A DNA stretch of 62,293 bases, filler included, from Chiloscyllium plagiosum (lineage: Eukaryota): assembly GCF_004010195.1 (NCBI RefSeq). It is 4 parts of one record of this genome, joined end to end, with 100 filler letters (N's around TTAATTAATTAA, not from the genome) between each part and the next. Parts side by side here need not be neighbours in the genome. Positions count along the whole stretch, not along the records: positions 1 to 13,735 come from NC_057717.1; positions 13,836 to 26,404 come from NC_057717.1; 2 more parts are not named here. One strand, 5' to 3'. Shown in pieces: positions 11,419-26,504 of this stretch (positions are counted from its first letter, which is position 1; the number at the start of each line of letters is the position of its first letter). The translations under genes were made by a program, and so were the position numbers. The notes below the pieces were generated by a model. It did no database searches and was not told where the DNA came from. It worked only from the letters and a program-made list of their open reading frames with translations.

Positions 11419-12213
11419 CCATTCACCAGAACACCAAATAANNNNNNNNNNNNNNNNNNNNNNNNNNNNNNNNNNNNNNNNNNNNNNNNNNNNNNNNNNN
11501 NNNNNNNNNNNNNNNNNNNNNNNNNNNNNNNNNNNNNNNNNNNNNNNNNNNNNNNNNNNNNNNNNNNNNNNNNNNNNNNNNNNNNNNNNNNNNNNNNNNN
11601 NNNNNNNNNNNNNNNNNNNNNNNNNNNNNNNNNNNNNNNNNNNNNNNNNNNNNNNNNNNNNNNNNNNNNNNNNNNNNNNNNNNNNNNNNNNNNNNNNNNN
11701 NNNNNNNNNNNNNNNNNNNNNNNNNNNNNNNNNNNNNNNNNNNNNNNNNNNNNNNNNNNNNNNNNNNNNNNNNNNNNNNNNNNNNNNNNNNNNNNNNNNN
11801 NNNNNNNNNNNNNNNNNNNNNNNNNNNNNNNNNNNNNNNNNNNNNNNNNNNNNNNNNNNNNNNNNNNNNNNNNNNNNNNNNNNNNNNNNNNNNNNNNNNN
11901 NNNNNNNNNNNNNNNNNNNNNNNNNNNNNNNNNNNNNNNNNCTGGGTATATACAAGGACACCGATATCACAGAGAAACCAGGGCAATGCGGGATTCAAAT
12001 ATCTGCTGTAGTGGAAACTCATTTACTCAGTCAAACTGGGGACCGACTATTAAACAGTCCCGTGTGTGAGGAGGACTCAATGAGCAAAGCCAAACTCCAG
12101 AGTAACCAAAAAGATTACATATCCCAGAAGGAGATCAATTAAACTGTCAATGCTGCAGTTAATCCCAACCAACTGCCAGTTTAATACCGTCAAAGTCATT
12201 GACTCACGTAACA
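11419..12213 (-). promoter_or_regulatory. Candidate 5' LTR (spanning a 500-N gap) and primer-binding site
   Basis: Minus strand starts TGTTAC at 12213, has a TATATA near 11946-11951, and just past the gap reads TGGTGTTCTGGTGAATGG (11436-11419), a TGG-initial PBS-like string whose tRNA I cannot assign. Confidence 0.4.
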
Positions 12214-12309
12214 TGAAAACAGGCCTTTCACTGTTACCAGCACATACTGAAAATAATGCCAAACTAAACGTGTCGCATCTAACAGTTCCTGTAATTGTTG
12301 AGGGTTAAT

Positions 12310-12600
12310 ATTGCCCTTGTATTATTATTATTACTGCGTTGTTAAAATGAATGTCCAGGTTTAATTATGTTCAAATCCTGGTATGGCAGATGCTGGAATT
12401 TTATTTCTACAAATACGTCAAGTTGAAGACTCTAATGATGATGTTGAATCAGTTGTTGTAGATCTGATTCACTAATGCCGGGCAGAGAAAGAAACTGCCA
12501 TACTTATCTGGTCTGGCTGGCATGTGACTCCAGATCCATAATATCGTGGTTGATTCCGAACTGCCCTCTGGGCAATAAATAATGGACTAGGTATGAATGA
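12310..12600 (+). mobile_element. SacSINE1-like DeuSINE, degraded
   Basis: B-box GTTCAAATCC (~12369) and Deu-domain-like GATTCACTAATG..CTGCCATACTTATCTGGTCTGGC..ATGTGACTCCAGA..AACTGCCCTCTG. Confidence 0.7.
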
Positions 12601-12619
12601 ACAGCTATTTTTAAATCCC

Positions 12620-13400
12620 ACTGAAACTTTCCAATTCATTTATCTAAATATCCTGTAAACATTGTAAATGTACTTTCATTCATCACTGCCTCAGGAAGTG
12701 AATTGCACAGATAACCCATCCTCTGTTAAAAACAAGCCTCTCATGTCTTATTTTAAATCTCTCTCTCTTTTCAACGAAAACATTTGCCCTCTCGTTTTGT
12801 AGTCCCCCTCCTTGGAGAAAAGATAGTTCCAGTTAACTCTATCCGAACTCTCAAAAAATTATAAATTTCTATCAGGACGCCTTTCAAACTCCAGTGCTCG
12901 AGTGAAAATATTCTTAGCCTATCCAGCCTTTCGTTTTAACACAAACCTTCCCCACTAGCCATACGCTGGTATACCTCTTCTAAAACTACTCCACCTTAAT
13001 AATTTCCTTGCTATTACTTGGCGACACGAACTGGACGCAGTACTCCAGAAGAGACCTCACCCAATATCCTATTCAACTTCAACAATACGTACCAACTCCT
13101 CTGCTCATAGGACTGAGCAACGAATGCAGGATGACAATTATTTTTAACCATTCTGTCGATATGTGAAGCAAACTAAAAATATTTATGCACCTGCGTCCCT
13201 GGCCTCCGTTTTCCACAACAATATGCAACACGCTATCACTAATTGTATAAGCCCTACCCATATTTGACGTAGCAAAATGCAATACCTTCCATTTATCCAG
13301 ATTGAACTCCAAGTGACATTTTTCAGCCTAAAGACGCATTGGAATATGATCCTTCTGGAATCTTAGATCACCTTCTTTACAGTCTCCAATTCTGCTGTCC
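12620..13400 (-). mobile_element. CR1 RT C-terminus and 3' end
   Basis: ORF 13079-13312 MEFNLDKWKVLHF matches the CR1 WQMEFNxDKCEVLHF motif; downstream YCVQF..KLVE and RLDRLRIFSLE. Confidence 0.8.
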
Positions 13401-13735
13401 TCTGTGAGCTCATGAACCATGACTTCTATGAGTTCCATTGTTTTCTCATATTGGTCAATGATTTTTAATTATTTGTCATGGTGATCATTTAGCAGTGTGC
13501 AAGTTATGTAACAATTAGTCATGCAGTTAACCATGGGGAAGAAAGCCATGAACTCAGGGGAGATCGGAAACAATTGGCAAGAAAATGTGCTGAAATGAAT
13601 TCAATCCAGTGAAGTGGGTGACAATGAACTTGGGGAGGAACAATGATAAATGTGTGAATACTGAGTGGTTTACAGTAATAAAAGAGAAATTGGAGTAGGC
13701 ATTCAAGAATTTTTGAAGGGGATTGGACAAGGGAT

Positions 13736-13835
13736 NNNNNNNNNNNNNNNNNNNNNNNNNNNNNNNNNNNNNNNNNNNNTTAATTAATTAANNNNNNNNN
13801 NNNNNNNNNNNNNNNNNNNNNNNNNNNNNNNNNNN
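13736..13835. other. Artificial scaffold join: 44 N + TTAATTAATTAA + 44 N (also at 26405-26504 and 47817-47916)
   Basis: An identical 12-mer with stops in all six frames is centred in three 100-nt gaps. Confidence 0.95.
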
Positions 13836-16800
13836 ACCCTTACCCCCTCACACTTACTCCATCACAGTCACACTGACCCCCTCACACTCACTCAATCACC
13901 ATCACACTGCTCCCTTCACAACCACTCCCTCACTGTCACCCTGACACCCTCACACTCACTCCATCACCGTTACGCTGATCCGGTCACACTCACTCTATTA
14001 GCGTCACCCGGATGCCCCCACATTCTCTCCATCTCCCATCACCCTGACCCAATCACACTCACTCCATCACCATCACCCTGAACCTCTCACACTCACTTAA
14101 TCACTTTCGCCCTGACCCCATCACACTCACTCCAACACCATCACCCCTCACACTCACTCCGTCACCGTCAGCCTGATCCCCTCACACTCACTCCATCTGC
14201 ATCACCCTGACCCCCTCACACTCACTCCATCCCCGTCACCCAGACAATCTCACTCTCACTCCATTACCATCACCCTGAACCCCTCACACTCTATGCATCA
14301 CCGTCACCCTGATTCCCTGACACTCACTCCATCACCATCACCCTGAACCTCTCACACTCACTCCTTCACTGTCACCCTGACCCCTTCACACTCACGCCAT
14401 CACCGTCACCCTGACCCCCTCACACTCACTCCATCACCGTCACCCTGACCCTCTCACACTCACTCCATTACCGTCACCCTGAACCCCTCACAATCACTCC
14501 ATCGCTTTACCCTGATGCCGCATGGTCACTCCATCACCTCCACCCTGACCCTCTCACACCCATTCCATTAACGTCACCCAGAACCCCTCACAATCACTCC
14601 ATCATAGTTCCCTGTATCCCTCACACTCACTCCATCACCGTCACCCTGACCCTCTCAGTTTCACTCCATCACCATCACCCTGATCCGCTCACATTTACTC
14701 CATCACCGTCACCCTGACCCCCACACTCACTCTATCACCATTAGCCTGAACCTCTCACACTCTCTCCATCATCGTCAAACTGACCCCATCGCACTCATCC
14801 ATCATCATCACACTGACTCCCTGACACTCGCTCCATCACCGTCACCCTGACTCTCTCACACTCACTCCATCACCATCAACCTAACCCTCTCATACTCACT
14901 CCATCACCGTCACACTGATCCCCTCACACTCACTCCATCACCATCCCCGTGACCCACTCGTGCTCACTCCATCACCGTCAACAGATCGCGTCACATTCAC
15001 TCTATCAACGTCACCCTGACCCACTCACATTCACTCCATCACGTCACCTTGACCCACTCTCACTCACTTCATCACTGTCACACTGACCCCCTCACACTCA
15101 CTCCATCATCGTCGCCCTGACCCACCCACACTCACTCCATCACCGTCACACTGATCCCCTCACACTGACTCCATGACCGTAACACTGACCCATTAGTGCT
15201 CACTCCATCACAGTCACCCTGACCCTCTAACACTCACTCCATCAACATCACACTGAGCCCCTAACTCTCACTCCATCACCCTCACCCTTTCACCATCACA
15301 CTCACTTCATCACTGTCACCCTGACACCCACACTCACTCCATCACCGTCGCCCACACTCTCTACACTCACTCAATCACTGTCACCCTGACCCTCTTACAC
15401 TCACTCAATCACCGTCACCCTTACCTCCTGAAACTCACTGTATCACCCTCACCCCGAACCTCTCACACTCACTCCATCACCGTCCCCNNNNNNNNNNNNN
15501 NNNNNNNNNNNNNNNNNNNNNNNNNNNNNNNNNNNNNNNNNNNNNNNNNNNNNNNNNNNNNNNNNNNNNNNNNNNNNNNNNNNNNNNNNNNNNNNNNNNN
15601 NNNNNNNNNNNNNNNNNNNNNNNNNNNNNNNNNNNNNNNNNNNNNNNNNNNNNNNNNNNNNNNNNNNNNNNNNNNNNNNNNNNNNNNNNNNNNNNNNNNN
15701 NNNNNNNNNNNNNNNNNNCCCAGACAATCTCACTCTCACTCCATTACCATCACCCTCACCCTCTCGCTCTCACTCCATCACCGTAACACTGACCCCCTCA
15801 CACTCACAACATTAACCTAACACTGACCCACTCGCTCTCACTCCATCACCGTCACCCTGGCTCCCTCACACTCACTCCATCACCGTCGTCCTGACTCTCT
15901 CACACTTACTCCATGACAGTCACCCTGACCCCCTTACATTCAGTCGATCACCGTCACCCTTACCTCCTTACACTCACTCCATCACCGTCATCATAACCAC
16001 CTCACACTCACTCCATCACTGTAACCGTAAACCCCTCACACTCAACCCATCACCGTCACCCAGACAATCTCACTCTCACTCCATGACCATCACCCTCACC
16101 CTCTCACACTCACTCCATCACCGTCACACTGAACCCCTCACACTCACACCACTACCCTAACAATGACCCACTTGCTCTCACTCCATCACCGTCACACTGA
16201 TCCTCTCACACTCACTCCATCACCGTCACCCTGACCCTCTCACACTCACTCCATCACTGTCACCCTGTCACACTCACACACATGCCATCTCCATCACCCT
16301 GACCCTCTCGCACTCACTCTTGACCCCCTCACATTCACTCCATTGCGGTCACCCTGACCTACACGCACTTACTCCATCACCGTTAGCCTGACCCCCTCAC
16401 AATCACTCAAGCACTGTCACACTCATCCCCTCACACTCATTCCATCACCGTCATACTGATCCCCTCACACTCACTCCATCACCGTGACCCTGACCATCGC
16501 ACACTCACTCCATCACCATCACCTTGACCCTCTCACACTCACTCCTTCAATGCCACTCTGAGACACACACACTCCATCACCATCAAACTGACACCATCAT
16601 ACTCACTCCATCATCGTCACACTGACCCACTCGCTCTCAGTCCATCACCTTCACACAGATCCCCTCAGACTCACTCCATCACCGTCACCCTGTCACCCTC
16701 ACACACACGCGATCTCCGTCACACTGACCCTCTCACACTCAGTCCATCACCATCATCTTAACCACCTCAAACTCACTCCATCGTGGTCACTCTGATCCAC

Positions 16801-19800
16801 ACATACTTACTCCCTCACCATTACCCTGACCCCCTCACAATCACTCCATGACTGTCACACTGATCCCCTCACACTCATTCCATCACCATCATACTGATCC
16901 CCTCACACTCACTCCTTCACCGTGACCCTGATCATCTCACACTCACTCCATCAACGCCACGCTGACACACACACACTCCATCACCATCACACTGACACCC
17001 TCACACCCACTCCATCATCGTCACACTAAACCACTCACACTCTCTCCATTATCATCACCCTGACCCTCTCACACTCACTCACTGTCACCCTGACCTCCTC
17101 ACACTCACTCCATCACTGTCACCCTGACTCTCTCACACTCACTTCATTACTGTCGCCCTGACCCCATCACACTCACTCCATCACCATCACCCTCACCTCC
17201 TCACACTCACTCCATCTGCATTACCCTGACCCCCTCACACTCATTCCATCCCCGTCACCCAGACAATCTCACTATCACTCCATTACCATCACCCTCACGC
17301 TCTCACACTCTATGCATCACCGTCACCCTGACCCTCTCACACTCACTCCATTACCGTCGCCCTGAACCCCTCACAATCACTCCATCATAGTTACCCTGTA
17401 CCCCTCACACTCACTCCATCACCGCACCCTGATGCCGCACACTCACTCCATCACTGTCACCTTGACGCTCTCACACTCATTCCATTAACGTCACCCTGAA
17501 CCCCTCACAATCACTCCATCATAGTTCCCTGTAACCCTCACTTTCATTACTTTACCGTCACACAGACCGCCTCACACTCACTCCATCGCCGTCACCCTGA
17601 CCCTCTCAGATTCACTCCATCACAGTTAACATCACCCCCTCACACTCACTCCATCACTGTCACCCTGACTCTCTCACACTCACTCCATCACAGTCAACAT
17701 CACCCCCTCACACTCACTCCATCACCGTCACACTGATCCCCTTACACTCACTCCATCACCATCCCCCTGACCCACTCGTGCTCACTCCATCACCGTCAAC
17801 ACATCGCGTCACACTCGCTCTATCAACGTCACCCTGACCCACTCACATTCACTCCATCACGTCACCTTGACCCACTCTCACTCACTTCATCACTGTCACC
17901 CTGAGCCCTCACACTCACTCCGTCATCGTCAATTTGACCCACCCACACTCACTCCATCACCGTCACACTGATCCCCTCAACATCACTCAATGACCGATAC
18001 AGTGACCCACTCGTGCTCACTCCAAAACAGTCACACTGACCCTCTCACACTCACTCCATCAACATCACACTGAGCCCCTAACTCTCACTCCATCACCCTC
18101 ACCCTGACACCATCACATTCACTCCATCACCATCACCCTGCCCCCCATACTCACTCCATCACCGTCGCCCACACTCACTACACTCACTCAATCACTGTCA
18201 CCCTGACCCCCTTACACTCACTCGATCACCGTCACCATTACCTCCTGACTCTCACTCCATCCCCCTCACACCGAACCTCTCACACTCACTCCATCACCGT
18301 CACCATGACCACCTCGCACTCACTCCATCACTGTAACAGTGACCCACTCACTCTCACTCCATCACCATCACACTGACAGCATCACACTCAACCCGTCACC
18401 GTCACCCTGATTCCCTCACACTCACTCCATCTGCATCACCCTGAACGCCTCACACTCACACCATCGCCGTCACCCAGACAATCTCACTCTTACTCCATTA
18501 TCATCACCCACACCCTCTCAAACTCACTCCATCACCGTCACACTGACTCCCTCACACTCACACCATTACCCTAACACTGACCCACTCGCTCTCACTCCGT
18601 CACTGTGACACTGATCCCCTCACACTCACTCCATCACCGTCACCCTGACCCTCTCACACTCACTCCATCACCATCACTCTCTCACACTCGTACACACGCT
18701 ATCTCCAATACCCTGACCCACTGGCACTCACTCCATTACCGTCATCTTGACCCCCTCACACTCACTCCATCGCGGTCAACCTGACCCACACGTACTTACT
18801 CCATCACCGTTACCCTGACCCTCCCACAATCACTCAAGCACTGTCACACTGATCCCCTCACACTCATTCCATCACCGTCATACTGATCCCCTCATACTCA
18901 CTCCATCACCGTGACCCTGACCATCTCACAGTTAATTCATTACCATCATCTTGACCCTCTCACACTCACTCGTTCAACGACACCTGACACACACACACTC
19001 CATCACCATCAAACTGACACCCTCACACTCCCTCCATCATCGTCACACTGACCCACTCGCTCTCACTCCATCACCATCACACTGATCCCCTCACACTCAC
19101 TCCATCACCGTCAACCTGACCCTCTCACACTCACTCCATCACCGTCACCCTGTCACACTCACACACACGCCATCTCCATCATGCTGACCCTCTCGCACTC
19201 ACTCCATCACCGTCATCTTGACCCCCTCACACTCACTCCATCGCGGAAACACTGACCCACACTACTTACTCCATCACCGTGACCCTGACCCCCTCACAAT
19301 CACTCCATCAATGTCACACTGATCCCCTCACACTCATTCCATCACCGTCATACTGATCCCCTCACACTCACTCCATCACCGTGACCGTGACCATCTCACA
19401 CTCACTCCATCAATGCCACCCTGAGACACACACACTCCATGACCATCACACTGACATCCTCACACTCAGTTTATCATCGTCACACTGACCCTCTCACAAT
19501 CACTCTATTACCTTTACCTGAGCCCCTCACACTCACTCCATCATAGTCACCCTGACCCTCTCACACTCACGCCATCACCGTCACACTGATCCCCTCATCT
19601 CACTCCACTTTCTCCATCGCCGTCCCCTTTCACCCCTCACACTCACTTCAACACCCACACCCTGACCCCCTCACACTCACTCAATCATTGTCACCCTGAC
19701 CCCCTCACACTCAGTCCATCACCGTTGCCCTGACTCTCTCATACTCACTCCATCACTGTCGCCCTGATCCCATCACACTCACTCCATCACCGTCACACTG

Positions 19801-22800
19801 ATCCACTCACACTCACTCCATCACTGTCAACCTGACTCTCTCACATTCACTCCATCACCGTCACCCTGACCCCTCACACTCACTCCATCACCGTCACCTT
19901 GAATCTCTCACACTCATTCCATCACTGTCGCACTGACCCCATCACACTCCCTCCATCACCACCACCCTCACCCCCTCACACTCATTCCATCACCATCACT
20001 CTGACCCACTCGTGCTCACTCCATCACCATCAACAGATCACGTCACAGTCATTCTATCAACGTCACCCTGACCCACTCACACTCACTCCATCACGTCACC
20101 TTGACCCTCTCACACTCACCCCATCTCCATCACCCTGACCCCCTCACGACCACTCCATCACTGTCACTCTTACCCTCTCAAATTTGCTCCATCACGGTCA
20201 CGCAGGTACAATCACACTGACTCCATGATCATCGCCCTGAACCCCTCACAGTCACTCCATCACCGTCACACAGAAACCCTCTCACTCACTCCATCATTGT
20301 CACAATGACCCTCCCACACTCACTCCATCAACGTTACACTGACCCCCTCACACTCATTCCATCATCGTCACCCTGACCATCCACACAGACTCCATCACCG
20401 TCACACTGATCCCCTCACACTCACTCCATGAACGTAACACTGACCCACTTGTGCTCACTCCATCACAGTCACCCTGACACTCTTTGTGCTCACTCCATCA
20501 CAGTCACCCTGACACTCTCACACTCACTCCATCAACATCACACTGACCTCCTGTTTCTCACTCCATCACCCTCACCCTGACACACTCACACTCACTCCCC
20601 TCACACTCATTCCATCACCGTCACACTGATCACCTCACACTCAATCCATCACCGTCACCCTGACCCCCTCTACTCACTCCACCGCTGTCACCCTGACCCC
20701 CCTCACACTCACTCCATCATCGTCACCCTGATCCCCTCACACTCACTCCATGACCGTTACAGTCACTCAGTTGCGCTCACTCCATCACTGTCGACTAATC
20801 ACGTCACACTCACTCCATCAACGTCACCCTGACCCACTCATACTCACTCCATCACCGTCACGTTGATCCACTCATATACACGCCATCACCGTCAGCCTGA
20901 CCCGCACATACCCGATCACCGTCATCCTAACTGCCTCACACTCACTCCATCATCGTCACCCTGACCCGCTCACAATCACTCCATCATTGTCACACTGATC
21001 CTCTCACACTTGCTCCATCACCATCACGCTGGTACCCTCACACTGACGACATGACCGTCACCCTGAACCCCTCACACTCACTCCATCTCCGTCACACTGA
21101 AACCCTCACACTCACTCCATCACCGTCACCCTGACCCTCTGACACTCAAGTCCATCAACATCACACTGACCTCCTGACACTCACACCATCACCATCACCC
21201 TGACTTCCCACACTCACTCCATCTCCGTCACACTGAAACCCTCACACTCATTCCATCATCATCACCCTGACCCTCTCGCACTCACTCGATCACCATCACC
21301 CTTACCTCCTGACACTCACTCCATCACCCTCACACCGAACCTCTCACACCGTCACCATGACCACCTCACACTCACTCCATTACTGTAACAGTGAACCCCA
21401 CACTCTCACTCCATCACCGTCACCCTGACAGCATCATAGTCAAACCATCACCGTCACCCTGATCCCCTCACACTCACTTCATCTGCATCACCCTGAACCC
21501 CTCACACTCACTCCATCATCGTCACCCAGACAATCTCACTCTCACTCCATTACCGTCACCCTCACACTCTCACACTCACTCCATCACCGTCACACTGATC
21601 CCCTCACACTCACTCCATCACCGTAACCCTGTCCCTCTCACATTCACTCCATCGCCATCACCCAGAAAATCTCACTCTCACTCCATTACCGTCACCCTCA
21701 CACTCTCACACTCACTCCATCACCGTCACACTGATCCCCTCACACTCACTCCATCACCGTAACCCTGTCCCTCTCACATTCACTCCATCGCCATCACCCA
21801 GAAAATCTCACTCTCACTCCATTACCGTCACCCTCACACTCTCACACTCACTCCATCACCGTCACACTGATCCCCTCACACTCACTCCATCACCGTCCCC
21901 ATCACGCTCAGTCCATCACCATCACCATGACCCCCTCTCACTCACTCCATCACTGTCATCCTGACCCTCCCACACTCACTCCGTCAACGTCACACTGACC
22001 CCCTCACACTCATTCCAGCATCGTCACACTGATCCCTTCATACTCACTCCATGACCGTTACACTGACCCACTCGCGCTCACTCCATCACTGTCAACTAAT
22101 CACGTCACACTCATTCCATCAAGGTCACCCTGACCCACTCACACACGCGCCATCACCGTCACCCTGATCCGCACATACCCCATCACCGTTATCCTGACTC
22201 CCTCACACTCACCCCATCGCCATCACCCGGACCCTCTCACACTCACTCCATCACCGTCACCCTCACCCCTCACACTCACTCTATCGCTGTCACCCTCACC
22301 CCCTCACACTCACTCCATGACTGTCAAACTGACCACCTCACACTCACTCCATCACCATCACACTGATCACCTCACACTCACTCCATCACAGTAACCCTGA
22401 CCCCCTCACACTCACTCCATCGCTGTCACCCTGACCTCCTCACACTCACTCCATCATCGTCACACTGATCTCTTCACACTCACTCCATGGCCGTTACACT
22501 GACCCACTCACACTCACGCGATCACAGTCACCTTGTCCCTCTCATACACACGCCATCACCGTCAACCTGAGCCGCACATACCCCATCACCGTCATCCTGA
22601 CTCCCCCACAATCAGTCCATCATTGTCACACTGAAACCCTCACACTCACTCCATCACCGTCACCCTAACCCTCTCACAATCACTCCATCAACATCACACT
22701 GACCTCCTGACACTCACACCATCACCCTCAACCTGACCTCCCACACTCACTCTATCACTGTAACCCTGACCCCCTTAAACTCACTCGATCACCGTCACCC

Positions 22801-25800
22801 TTACCTCCTGACACTCACTCCATCACCCTCACGCCGAACCTCTCACACTCACTCCATCACCGTCACCATGACCACCTCACACTCAGTCCATCACTTTAAC
22901 CGTGAACCCCTCATTGTCACTCCATCACCGTCACCCTGACAGCATCATACTCAACCCATCACCCTCACAATGATCCCCTCACACTCACTTCATCTGCATC
23001 ACCCTGAACCCCTCACACTCACTCCATCACCGTCACCCAGACAATCTCACTCTCACTCCATTACCATCACCCTCACACTCTCACACTCAATTTATCAACG
23101 GTCCCCCTGATCCCTGATACACCGCCACCTTGACCCCACACACTCACTCCATCACCGTCAGCCTCAACCTCTCACAATCTCTTCATCATCGTCAAACTAA
23201 CCCCCTCCCACTCAGTCCATCACCGTCACACTGAACCCCTCACACTCACTCCATCAACATCACACTGATTCCCTGACTCTCACTCCATCACCCTCACCCT
23301 GACACCCTCACACTCACTCCACCACCGTCACCCTGACGTCCCACACTCATTCCATCACCGTCGCCCACACTCTCTCACACTCACTCAATCACTGTCACCC
23401 TGACCCCCTTACACTCACTCAATCACCGTCACCCTTACCTCCTGACACTCACTCCATCACCCTCACTCCGAACCTCTCACACTCACTCCATCACCGTCAC
23501 CCTGACGTCCCACACTCATTCCATCACCGTCGCCCACACTCTCTCACACTCACTCAATCACTGTCACCCTGACCCCCTTACACTCACTCAATCACCGTCA
23601 CCCTTACCTCCTGACACTCACTCCATCACCCTCACTCCGAACCTCTCACACTCACTCCATCACCGTCACCATGACCACCTCACACTCACTCCATCACTGT
23701 AACAGTGACACCCTCACTCTCACTCCATCACCATCACCCTGACATCATCACGCTCAACCCATCACCGTCACCCTGATCCCCTCACACTCACTCCATCTGC
23801 ATGACCCTGATCCCCTCACACTCAATCCCTCGCCATCACCCAGACAATCTCACTCTCACTCCATTTTCGTCGCCCTGACTCTCTCACACTCACTGCATCA
23901 CTGTCACCCTGACCCGTTTGCACTCACTCTATCACCATCACCTTTACCTCCTGACACTCAGTCCATCACCCTCACCCCGAACCTCTCACACTCAATTGAT
24001 CACCGTCACCCTGACTCCCTGATACTCACTCCATCACCGTCACCCTGACCTCCTCACACTCACTCCATCGCTGTCACCCTGACGCCACATGCTCACTCCA
24101 TCACCGTCACCCTGACCCTCTCACACTCACTCCATTACCGTCAGCCTGACCCCCTCACACTCACTCCATCACTTCACCCTGACGCCACATGCTCACTCCA
24201 TTACCGTCATCCTGATCCTCTCACACTTATTCCATTACCGTCACCCTGAACCCCTCACAATCATTCCATCATACTTACCCTGTACCGCTCACACTCACTC
24301 CATTACCGTCACCCTGACCGTCTCAGATTCAATCCATCACCGTCACACTGATCCCCTCACAGTCACTCCATCAACTTCACCTTGACCCTCTCACACTCAC
24401 TCCATCACCGTCACCCTGACCCCCTCACACTCACTCCATCACTTCGCCCTGACGCCACATGCTCACTCCATTACCGTCACCCTGACCCTCTCACACTCAT
24501 TCCATTACCGTCACCCTGAACCCCTTTAAACTCACTCCATCAGTGTCACACTGACTCACTCACACTCACTCCATTACCGTCACACTGACACCCTCAGATA
24601 CACGACATCACTGTCACATTGACCACAACACATTCACTCCATCACCGTCATACTCATCTCCCACACACTGACACCATCACCCACACCCTGACCCGCTCAC
24701 ACTCATTCCATCGCCTTCATCTTGAACCCCTCACATTCACTATATCACTATAAAACTGACACACTCACTATCACTCCATCACGATCACCCTGACACCATC
24801 ACACTCATTCCATCACCGTCATATTGATCCCCTCACACTCACTCTATCACTGTCAACCTGACACAATCACAATCACTCCATCACCTTCACCCTGACCCGC
24901 TCGTACTTACTCCATCACCATCACCCTGACCCACTCACAGTCATTCCATGACTGTCAACCTGTCCCCCTCACACTCACTGCATCACCGTCAAACTGACCT
25001 TCTCACACTCACCCCATCTGCGTGACACTGACCCCCTCACACTCACTCCATCTCCGTCACACTGATGCCCACACTCACTCCATCGCTGTCAACCTGGCAC
25101 ACTAACAATCACTGCAGCACCCTCACCCTGACCCCTTCACACTCACTACATCACTGTCACACTGATACCATCGCACCCACTCCATCACCATCACCCTGAC
25201 CCCATCACACTCACTCCATCAACTTCACCCTGACCCTCTCACACTCACTCCATCACCGTCACACTGACTCCATTAAACTCACTCTATTATCGTCATACTG
25301 ATCCCCTCATACTCACTCCATCACCCTTACCCTGACAAACTCACACTCACTCCATCACCTTCACACCAACCCCCTCTCACTCACTCCATCACAGTCACCC
25401 TGATCCTCTCACACTCACTCCATCACCATCACACTGATCCCATCACCCTCACTCTATCAGCGTCACACTGTTCCCCTCAAACTCACTTCATCACCGTCAC
25501 CCTGACTCCCACACACTAAATCCATCATCGTCACACTGTCAATCCCACACTCTCTCCATCATGTTGACACTGATCCCCTCACACTCACTCCATCACCATC
25601 ACTCTGAGCACCTCACACTCACTCCATCACCGTCATCTTGACCCCATCACACTCATTCCATCACCGTCATCTTGACCCCCTCACGCTCACTCCATCACCA
25701 TCACCCTGACTCCACCACAATCACTCCATCCCATTCATTCTGATCCCCTCACACTCACTCCATCACCGTCACACTGAACCTCTCACACTCACTCTATCTC

Positions 25801-26404
25801 CAACTGACTGACCCCCTCACACTCACTCCATCACTGTCATCCTGAATCTCTCACACTCACTCAATCAACGTCACTTCAACCCTCTCACACTCACTCCATC
25901 ACCGTCACACTGACCTCCGCACACTTACTCCATCACCGTCACCCTGAAACCCTCACAGTCACTCCATCCCCGTAACACTGACCCCGATACACTCACTCCA
26001 TCATTCTCACCATGACCCCGAAACACTCATTCCATCACCGTCACCCTGACCCCGACACACTCAGTCCATCACCGTCACCCTGAACCCGACACACTCACTC
26101 CTTCTCCCTCCTTTTGACCCCCTCACACTCACTCCTTTACCATTACCCTGACACCATCACACTCAATCCATCTCCGTCACACTGACTCCATTACACTCAC
26201 ACTGACACCCTCAGAAACACTACATCACTGTCACATTGACCACCTCACATTCACTCCATCACCGTCTCACTGACTCCCACACACTGACACCATCACCCTC
26301 ACCCTGACACGCGCTCACTCATTCCATCACCGTCATCTTGACCCCCTCACGCTCACTCTATCACTGTCAACCTGACACACTAACAATCACTCCATCACCA
26401 TCAC
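13836..26404 (+). repeat. Satellite A: ~34-bp C-rich tandem array, consensus CACACTCACTCCATCACCGTCACCCTGACCCCCT
   Basis: 34-bp period measured at 14401/14435; runs ~12.5 kb, bounded by gaps, with an internal gap at 15488-15718. Confidence 0.97.
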
Positions 26405-26504
26405 NNNNNNNNNNNNNNNNNNNNNNNNNNNNNNNNNNNNNNNNNNNNTTAATTAATTAANNNNNNNNNNNNNNNNNNNNNNNNNNNNNNNNNNNNNNNN
26501 NNNN

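Larger units (their letters stand above)
5420..12213 (-). mobile_element. Degenerate endogenous retrovirus (class I-like pol with gamma-type env), gag/pro apparently deleted; 3' boundary uncertain
   Basis: Collinear RT-RNase H-IN-env on the minus strand, candidate 5' LTR and PBS at the right end; many stops and frameshifts. Confidence 0.85.

Noticed and set aside
11360..12142. ORFs spanning N runs (also ~15449-15739, 53440-54033 and 56728-57525)
   Set aside because: Their length comes from unknown bases.
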